Under the pieces are notes generated by a model that searched no databases, was not told the origin of the DNA, and saw only the letters and a list, made by a program, of their open reading frames with translations. DNA of 64,000 nt, taken from an uncultured Pseudomonadota bacterium (GTDB taxonomy: Bacteria; Pseudomonadota; Gammaproteobacteria; Steroidobacterales; Steroidobacteraceae). The translations under genes and the position numbers were made by a program. The stretch is from positions 162,505 to 226,504 of the forward strand of contig CAWITP010000002.1 in NCBI GenBank assembly GCA_963839055.1, given 5' to 3'. Every line of letters begins with the position of its first letter. Positions within the stretch are counted from its first letter, which is position 1. Positions 10,643 through 17,341 of the stretch are shown one piece after another.

Positions 10643-12445
10643 ATGCCCTTTGTAACACCGGACCAACACGAACACAGCTATGACGCGATCATCGTGGGCT
10701 CGGGAGCCGCCGGAGGACAGACGGCCTACACGCTGTGCATGGAAGGCGCCAGGGTATTGATGCTCGAGGCCGGACGGCACTATGTGCCCGAGGCCGAAAC
10801 GCCGATGTTTTATACGCCTGACCAGGCGCCGCTGGGCGGCATGTCGACCCCGCAGAAGCCTTTCGGTTTCTATGATGCTACGGTCGATGGCGGCTGGCAG
10901 GTTCCCGGCGAGCCTTACGTGCTGACGCGGGAAGATCATGCCGGACGGTTCGAGTGGTGGCGGGCGCGGATGCTCGGCGGCCGCACCAATCACTGGGGGC
11001 GCATCTCCCTGCGCATGGGTCCCTATGACTTCAAGCCCTACAGCCGCGATGGACTCGGGTTTGACTGGCCGGTGGACTATGACGACATCGCCCCGTACTA
11101 CGACAAGGTTGAGCTGCTGATCGGGGTCTACGGCAGCAACGAGGGTCTGGAGAACACACCCAACTCGGCCGCCGGATGTCTACTGCCACCCCCGCAGCCG
11201 CTGGTCGCCGATCGGCTCATCGCACAGCGCGCCAAGCGCCTGGGCTTGCCGGTGATCCCCGGGCATCGCGCGGTGTTGACCCAGAAACTGGATTTCCGCA
11301 ACTCGCCCGCGCGGCTGCACCCGGGCAACCCCAAGGCGCAGCGCATCCTTGCGCAGGCGATGCGCGAGCGTGCTGCCTGCCTCTGGGCGACTCCCTGCGG
11401 CACCGGCTGCTCGGTCCGCGCCAACTACCAGTCCCCCACGGTACATCTGCCACCGGCGCTCGCTACCGGCAATCTGCAGATCACCACCGATGCGATGGTG
11501 TATGAGATCAGCTTAGGTGCCGACGGCCGCGCCACCGGGGTGAGATTCGTGGATCGCAAGACCGGTCAGCATCACCAGGTGCAGGCGCGCGCCGTGGTGC
11601 TGGCCGCGAGCGCCTGCGAGTCAGTGCGCATTCTGCTCAACTCGCGCAGCGCGCAGTTTCCCAACGGGCTCGCCAACTCGAGCGGCAAGGTCGGACGTTA
11701 TCTGATGGATACGGTGGGCAGCACACTCGGCGGGCAGATTCCGCTGCTGGAGAACCTGCCGCCGCTGAATGAGGACGGCGCCGATGGGCATGCGTTCTAT
11801 GTTCCGTGGTGGCTCTATCGGGAGCAGCTCGCGGGCAAGTTGGGTTTCGCGCGCGGCTACCACATCGAGATCGGCAGCGGCCGGCGCATGCCGGGTTTTT
11901 CCACCGGTGCCGGTCTCGAGTGGCTTACGGGCGGCAGTTACGGGGTGCGCTTCAAAGAGGATGTGCGCCGCTACTATGGGTCGTTCGTCAGCTTCGACGG
12001 TCGCGGCGAGATGATTCCGAACGATGACTCCTGGTGCGAGATCGATCCGCAGGTGAAGGACCGCTGGGGCATTCCCGTGCTGCGCTTTCACTGGGGTTGG
12101 TCCGAGCATGAGCGCCGCCAGGCCGCGCACATGCAGCACACCTTTGCCGCGATCATCGAGGCAATGGGTGGGCGTACGCGTTACCCGCCCGTGAGCGATG
12201 GCGCCAAGGCCATTGCACCGGGCGGCTCCATCATTCATGAGGTGGGCGGAGCCATCATGGGCGCCGACCCGCATCGGTCGGTCACCAACCGCTGGGGACA
12301 GACCTGGGATGTACGCAATCTGTTCATCACCGATGGCGCGATCTTCACCTCCAATGCCGACAAGAATCCAACACTGACGATCATGGCGATGGCGTGGCGC
12401 ACCGCCGACCACATCCTCGAGCGCATGCGCCGCAAGGAGCTCTGA
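10643..12445 (+). CDS. GMC family FAD-dependent oxidoreductase (dehydrogenase large subunit)
   Basis: N-terminal YDAIIVGSGAAGGQTAYTL..RVLMLEAG dinucleotide fold. The C-terminal HEVGGAIMG...NLFITDGAIFTS is typical of GMC enzymes. No signal peptide. Confidence 0.88.
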   Translation: MPFVTPDQHEHSYDAIIVGSGAAGGQTAYTLCMEGARVLMLEAGRHYVPEAETPMFYTPDQAPLGGMSTPQKPFGFYDATVDGGWQVPGEPYVLTREDHAGRFEWWRARMLGGRTNHWGRISLRMGPYDFKPYSRDGLGFDWPVDYDDIAPYYDKVELLIGVYGSNEGLENTPNSAAGCLLPPPQPLVADRLIAQRAKRLGLPVIPGHRAVLTQKLDFRNSPARLHPGNPKAQRILAQAMRERAACLWATPCGTGCSVRANYQSPTVHLPPALATGNLQITTDAMVYEISLGADGRATGVRFVDRKTGQHHQVQARAVVLAASACESVRILLNSRSAQFPNGLANSSGKVGRYLMDTVGSTLGGQIPLLENLPPLNEDGADGHAFYVPWWLYREQLAGKLGFARGYHIEIGSGRRMPGFSTGAGLEWLTGGSYGVRFKEDVRRYYGSFVSFDGRGEMIPNDDSWCEIDPQVKDRWGIPVLRFHWGWSEHERRQAAHMQHTFAAIIEAMGGRTRYPPVSDGAKAIAPGGSIIHEVGGAIMGADPHRSVTNRWGQTWDVRNLFITDGAIFTSNADKNPTLTIMAMAWRTADHILERMRRKEL

Positions 12446-13098
12446 TGGATCGCCGCACAACGATCAAGTGGGTATGGGCTGCGAGCCTCGCCGGACCTGC
12501 GGCCATCAGGTCCGCCTTCTCCGTCGCACCGGTGACGGTGCCGGTCGGGGCGCGAGCCGACCAGGCGCCCGGCGCCGCATCCGGCTACGGCACCGATCCG
12601 AAGTTACTGGCGAGCTATCACCCCGGGGATTTCTGGCCGCTGACGCTCACGGCGCCGCAGCGCACGCTGGCCACGACGCTGTGTGATCTCATCCTGCCGG
12701 CCGATGAGCACTCACCCTCCGCGAGCGCCGTCGGTGTCGTCGATTTCATCGACGAGTGGATCAGCGCTCCGTATCCGGGCTACCAGGCTGATCGCAAGAC
12801 CGTATTGCAGGGTTTCGAGTGGCTGGATGCAGCGGCGCCGCAACACGGCGCGCCCTCATTTGCGCGGCTACCCGAGCGGGAGCAACATGCCATCTGTGAC
12901 CAGATCTGCGATGTGGCACGCGCAGCGCCAGCCCAAGCCGACGCGGCGCATTTTTTTGCCCTGTATCGCAATCTCACGGCGGGTGGTTTTTATTCCACTC
13001 CCGCAGGACGCAAGGATGTCCGCTACATCGGCAATGTGGCGCTACCGGGTTTTCCGCCACCGCCCCAGGAGCTGCTCGAGAAGCTGCAGCTGCTATGA
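12445..13098 (+). CDS. gluconate 2-dehydrogenase subunit 3-like small subunit, Tat-exported
   Basis: Starts MDRRTTIKWVWAASLAGPAAIRSAFS (twin-arginine signal). The ATG shares one base with the GMC stop (TGATG). The LCDLILPADEHSPSASAVGVVDFIDEW motif matches this small-subunit family. Confidence 0.8.
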   Translation: MDRRTTIKWVWAASLAGPAAIRSAFSVAPVTVPVGARADQAPGAASGYGTDPKLLASYHPGDFWPLTLTAPQRTLATTLCDLILPADEHSPSASAVGVVDFIDEWISAPYPGYQADRKTVLQGFEWLDAAAPQHGAPSFARLPEREQHAICDQICDVARAAPAQADAAHFFALYRNLTAGGFYSTPAGRKDVRYIGNVALPGFPPPPQELLEKLQLL

Positions 13099-13808
13099 CT
13101 GATTCCCACCACAGGCGCTACCCCATGACGAAGAGCGTATCCGGATTGCTGCTGAGCTCGGTGTTGCTGGCGACGAGTGTGTTGCTGTCCTTACCCGTTG
13201 GTGCAGCCGGCGCGTGGCGCTCACTGCTCGAGGACCAGAGCGCACCGGCGTGGCGGGGCTGGAAGGGACCCGGGCTGCCGGCCGGCTGGCATGTCGCAGG
13301 GGGCGTGCTCTCCAAGGAAGGTCCCGTGGATGATCTCGTGACCAATGAGCGCTTCGGGGATTTCGAGCTCGAGCTGGATTGGGAGGTGGGCCGTGAGGGC
13401 AACAGCGGCATCTTCTACCGCGGCACCCCGGAATACGATCACATCTACTGGAGCGGTCCCGAATACCAGCTGCTGGATGATGCGAACACACCGGACGGCA
13501 AAAACCAGCTGACCGCTGCCGGCTCGGTCTATGGGTTATACCCGTCGACGGCGGGTGTCGTGCATCCGCATGATCAGTGGAACCACAGCCGTCTGCTCGT
13601 CAAGGGCAGCCACGTCGAGCACTGGCTGAACGGCCGCAAGGTGGTGGAATACGAGCTGCAGAGCGCTGACTGGAAGCAGCGCGTCGCCGCGAGCAAGTTC
13701 GCGCAATATCCGAAGTACGGGCTGGCGATGACCGGCATGATCGGCCTGCAGGGCGATCACCCGGGGGTACTCGCCATCCGGCGCATACGGGTGCGCGATC
13801 TGAATTGA
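13095..13808 (+). CDS. DUF1080 / 3-keto-disaccharide hydrolase family protein, secreted
   Basis: Signal peptide (LLLSSVLLATSVLLSLPVGAAGA). Family hallmarks: GWHVAGGVL, FGDFELELDW, NSGIFYR, EYQLLDD, HWLNG, IGLQGDHPG...IRRIRV. ATGA overlap at 13095-13098. An alternative ATG lies at 13125. Confidence 0.85.
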   Translation: MTDSHHRRYPMTKSVSGLLLSSVLLATSVLLSLPVGAAGAWRSLLEDQSAPAWRGWKGPGLPAGWHVAGGVLSKEGPVDDLVTNERFGDFELELDWEVGREGNSGIFYRGTPEYDHIYWSGPEYQLLDDANTPDGKNQLTAAGSVYGLYPSTAGVVHPHDQWNHSRLLVKGSHVEHWLNGRKVVEYELQSADWKQRVAASKFAQYPKYGLAMTGMIGLQGDHPGVLAIRRIRVRDLN

Positions 13809-15373
13809 TCTATCGTACCGAGTAGCGCCAGCGCGCATCCCAGCAGCAGATTGAGCCACAGGCCGAGGCGGCTGAAAAGCGTCGGTGGCAGGGCAAGCGG
13901 CATGAAGCCGTTGATCACTCCGGCACGGTGACGCTCGATCGTCGCGAGCAGCTGTCCCCGCGGCCCGATCACCGCCGAGATGCCATTCGGCGTGGCGCGT
14001 ACGACGGGCAGTCCTTCTTCGATGGCGCGCAGCCGCGCCTGGGCCAGGTGCTGTGGCGGTCCCCAGGCACCGAACCAGGCATCGTTGGAAGGATTGAAGA
14101 TGAAGGATGGGCGATGCGCCTCATCGACGACTCTTCCGGAGAAGATGATCTCGTAGCAGATCTGCACACCGACCGTCGCGGGCTGGCCGGCAAGGCGCAC
14201 GCCGGGCAGCGGATAAGTGCGCGCACCAGGGCCGGGGGTAAAATCGCCCTCACCGGGCACGAGCCGGGCCAATCCGATCCGTCCGAGAATACTGCGCAGG
14301 GGCAGATACTCGCCGAAGGGCACGAGGTGCGCTTTGTCGTAGCGCCAGCGAATGGCGGCTGCTTCGTCCACGGCGAACACACTGTTGTGATAGACATCAT
14401 CGTCGCCCTGCATATCGAGGATCACGGCAGGACCTCCCAGGATCAGCAGGTCGCCGGGGCCGAGCAGCTGCGCCATGGCGAGCCGTGGCTTGGGCTCGAT
14501 CTCGATGAAGTGCACCGTGGCGCCTTCCGGCCAGAACAGCAGCCGGGGGTGCTGATCCGAAACGCGTGCGGCCCGCTGTGACAGCTCGACGTATAACTGC
14601 GAATTGCGCTCCTCCTGCTCGGGGTCGTATTTCTGATCCTGACCGATGTCAGGTTGTACGACGGTGAAGGGCAGCGTCGACTCGTCCGCGGCTGGCGCGG
14701 GGTGTGATCGTCCCGCTACGAGCAGTAGCGCACCGAGCGCCAGCACTGTGAGCAATCCAACACGCCAATTCGCGCGCAAGGCCAGCCAGGCGAGCCCTGC
14801 GAGCAACACGGTCAGCCCGGACAAACCGTACGTGCCGATGACAGCCGCGCTGGCAGCGAGCCCTGGCAGGGCGACCCAGATCACAGCGAGCGGATTCCAG
14901 GCAAAGCCCGTCAGCAGGGTGGCGCGCAGCCACTCGGTCAGGATCCAGCTCGCTGCGAACCACAGGACGAAGCCGAGCGGGGCGCGATGCGCACAGGCGC
15001 GCGCAAGTGCTGCGGTGATGGCAACGAAAACGCTGAGGTAGACCGACAGCAGGATCACTGCGACCCAGCCCAGCCAGGCTGGCATGTTCTCCTGGTAGGT
15101 GAACGCCGTCGCGATCCAGTTCAATCCGACGATGAAATGTCCGGTGGCGAAAACAAAGGCGCCGGCACTCGCAGCGCGCGCCGAGGATGCACGCCAGCAT
15201 CGGTGCAGCAGCCAAATCAGTGCCGCGAGTGTCAGTGGCCACGCTTCGAGTGGCGCGAAACCCAGCGCGGAGGCGCACCCTGCGCCGAACAGCGTGAGGT
15301 AGGATTGCAGCGCGTTGCTCGGGTCAAGGGTGGTGCGGATCTGGCGCGAGGCCTCGGTGAGCGGGGGAGTCAT
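13757..15373 (-). CDS. lnt: apolipoprotein N-acyltransferase
   Basis: Multi-TM N-terminal half, then a CN-hydrolase domain with VVQPDIGQDQKY, LLFWPEGA, YDKAHLVPFGEYLP and VQICYEIIF (the E-K-C triad context). I chose the start at MTPPLTE; the longer ORF reaching 15496 is unlikely. Confidence 0.9.
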   Translation of the reverse strand: MTPPLTEASRQIRTTLDPSNALQSYLTLFGAGCASALGFAPLEAWPLTLAALIWLLHRCWRASSARAASAGAFVFATGHFIVGLNWIATAFTYQENMPAWLGWVAVILLSVYLSVFVAITAALARACAHRAPLGFVLWFAASWILTEWLRATLLTGFAWNPLAVIWVALPGLAASAAVIGTYGLSGLTVLLAGLAWLALRANWRVGLLTVLALGALLLVAGRSHPAPAADESTLPFTVVQPDIGQDQKYDPEQEERNSQLYVELSQRAARVSDQHPRLLFWPEGATVHFIEIEPKPRLAMAQLLGPGDLLILGGPAVILDMQGDDDVYHNSVFAVDEAAAIRWRYDKAHLVPFGEYLPLRSILGRIGLARLVPGEGDFTPGPGARTYPLPGVRLAGQPATVGVQICYEIIFSGRVVDEAHRPSFIFNPSNDAWFGAWGPPQHLAQARLRAIEEGLPVVRATPNGISAVIGPRGQLLATIERHRAGVINGFMPLALPPTLFSRLGLWLNLLLGCALALLGTIDQFRSRTRMRRMASTPG

Positions 15374-15454
15374 CCGCACAATTTTACAACGGCCTGGGGA
15401 GCGCAAAGGTGCCCGTAACAGGGCCCACTCATTTTTGTCGCCGGATGGCGAGCT

Positions 15455-17278
15455 ATGCTGACTGAGACCATGCGCCGCATCAGCGAACTGCTGCAATCAG
15501 GGCAGTACGCCGCCGCGCATACCCAGCTGGAATCCCTGGTGGCTGCCAACCCGCAGTACGTGGAAGGGTTGCGGTTGCTGGCCGGCACCAAGCAGGCGCT
15601 GGGCGATCTCACCCAGGCGGAGTCGCTGCTGCGCCGTGCCCTGCAGATCGATGCCACCTGGCCTCCCACGCTGACCACCCTCGGGGAGCTATTGCTCACG
15701 ACGGGTCGCAGCGCTGAGGCTCTGCCGTTTTTGCAGCGTGCGGTTCGAGGCTCACGTCAGGCAGCCCTGCTGCTGGCGCGCCATTATCTGGACGCAGGTC
15801 AGCCAGCCACGGCTCTCGAGATTGCAAAACTCTGGTGCGACAGCGGTAAGGCCGATACGAATCTCGCGGCGCTCCTGGTGGCGGCATATGTCGCTCTGGG
15901 TCGACAAAGCGAAGCGGTCGCTCACTATCGGCGTGTCGTGGCGCGCGCTCCAGACAACCCGGTCGCAAGCTACACCCTGGCTGCCGCATTAAATGCGGCC
16001 GATCAGCCGCAGGAAGGTGAGCGTGTCGCGCGTGAGACACTGACTCGCAGCCGGCCGTCGGCAACATTGCACTACACACACGCAAGCAGCCTCATCAGCC
16101 TGGAGCGCTTCGATGAGGCGGAGCAGGCCTTGCGCGAGTGTGTCAGATTGGAACCGCGCCGCGCCGAGGCCCATGACCGGTTGGCACAACTCGTCTGGAT
16201 GCGCACCGGCGATATCGATGAGGCGACCCGCGCGCTGGATCAGGCGCTCGCCCTTTACGAGCATGACGATGCGCTCTGGGCTACCAAGGCGGCGCTGTTG
16301 CAGGACATAGGTGACGCCCGCGGCGCTCTGACATGCCTCAGCGAACGTGTTGCAAGGCCGCGCTCGCATCCCAACCTGCTCATTCGCGCAGGCCTTGCGG
16401 CGCTGGAGTTTGACCCAGCCGTTGCCCTGTCCTTCGGGGAACGCGCTCTTGCGGCCCTGCCCGGCGATCCCACCGCCCGTAAGCTTCTCTGCGCCGCCTA
16501 TCTTGGCGTTGGCGACGGGCACAAGGCCCTGAGCGAATCCGTCGGACTGCTGCAGGCATCGCCCGATGACCAGTACCTGATCGCCATGCAAACGACCGCA
16601 CTGCGGCTGTTGGGCGACTCGCGCTACGAGTTGTTCTGCGACTACGACAAGATGGTGTGGTGCACGCCTCTCGAGGTGCCTGCGGGCTGGCCCGAACTCA
16701 GCAGCTTCCTGACTGAGGCGAGCTCGCGTCTGAACGCCCTGCACAATCCGCATGGACATCGGCTGCTCTACCAGTCCCTGCGTCACGGTACCGAGACCAC
16801 CCAGGATCTGTCGCGCAGTCAGGACCCCGTGATTCAGGCGCTGTTCCGGAGCTTTGCGGCACCGATTGCGCGCTATCGGGATTACATCGCCCAGGGGGAG
16901 GATCCGTTGCGACGGCGCAATCACGGCGGCTCACGCTTCAACGGCAGTTGGTCGGTGCGACTGCACTCCGGTGGCTATCACAACAGCCACGTGCATCCGC
17001 GCGGATGGATTTCCTCGGCCTGCTATATCCAACTGCCCGACAGCATGGGAGCGGCTGGGACGGCGGCCCGAACCGCAGAAGGGATACTCAGCTTCGGCGC
17101 GCCGGGCATGCTCACGCATCCCACTCTGGAAGCGGAGTTCTCGGTGCGTCCGGAGGTTGGGTTATTGGTGTTGTTCCCGTCGTATTTCTGGCACGGCACC
17201 TTGCCCTTTCAAAGCGAGCAGCCGCGCCTTACCGTGGCATTCGATGTCGTTCCCGAGAGGAGCCGTCCGATGCGCTGA
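15455..17278 (+). CDS. TPR-repeat protein with C-terminal 2OG-Fe(II) oxygenase-like domain
   Basis: About 400 aa of Ala/Leu-rich TPR-like helices. The C-terminus has HNSHVHPRGWISSACYIQLP ... LVLFPSYFWHGTLPF ... RLTVAFDV, resembling the PF13759-type 2OG oxygenase fold. Confidence 0.75.
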   Translation: MLTETMRRISELLQSGQYAAAHTQLESLVAANPQYVEGLRLLAGTKQALGDLTQAESLLRRALQIDATWPPTLTTLGELLLTTGRSAEALPFLQRAVRGSRQAALLLARHYLDAGQPATALEIAKLWCDSGKADTNLAALLVAAYVALGRQSEAVAHYRRVVARAPDNPVASYTLAAALNAADQPQEGERVARETLTRSRPSATLHYTHASSLISLERFDEAEQALRECVRLEPRRAEAHDRLAQLVWMRTGDIDEATRALDQALALYEHDDALWATKAALLQDIGDARGALTCLSERVARPRSHPNLLIRAGLAALEFDPAVALSFGERALAALPGDPTARKLLCAAYLGVGDGHKALSESVGLLQASPDDQYLIAMQTTALRLLGDSRYELFCDYDKMVWCTPLEVPAGWPELSSFLTEASSRLNALHNPHGHRLLYQSLRHGTETTQDLSRSQDPVIQALFRSFAAPIARYRDYIAQGEDPLRRRNHGGSRFNGSWSVRLHSGGYHNSHVHPRGWISSACYIQLPDSMGAAGTAARTAEGILSFGAPGMLTHPTLEAEFSVRPEVGLLVLFPSYFWHGTLPFQSEQPRLTVAFDVVPERSRPMR

Positions 17279-17295
17279 GCCGGGCGGGAAAGAGA

Positions 17296-17329
17296 AGCAG
17301 GCCTCCGCTCAAGTGAGAGGAGGCCTGCT
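17296..17329. terminator. bidirectional hairpin between convergent genes
   Basis: AGCAGGCCTCC (17296-17306) pairs perfectly with GGAGGCCTGCT (17319-17329) across a 12-nt loop. It lies in the 63-nt gap between the TPR/oxygenase stop and the TonB-dependent receptor stop. Confidence 0.6.
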
Positions 17330-17341
17330 GTCAAGCTAGGA

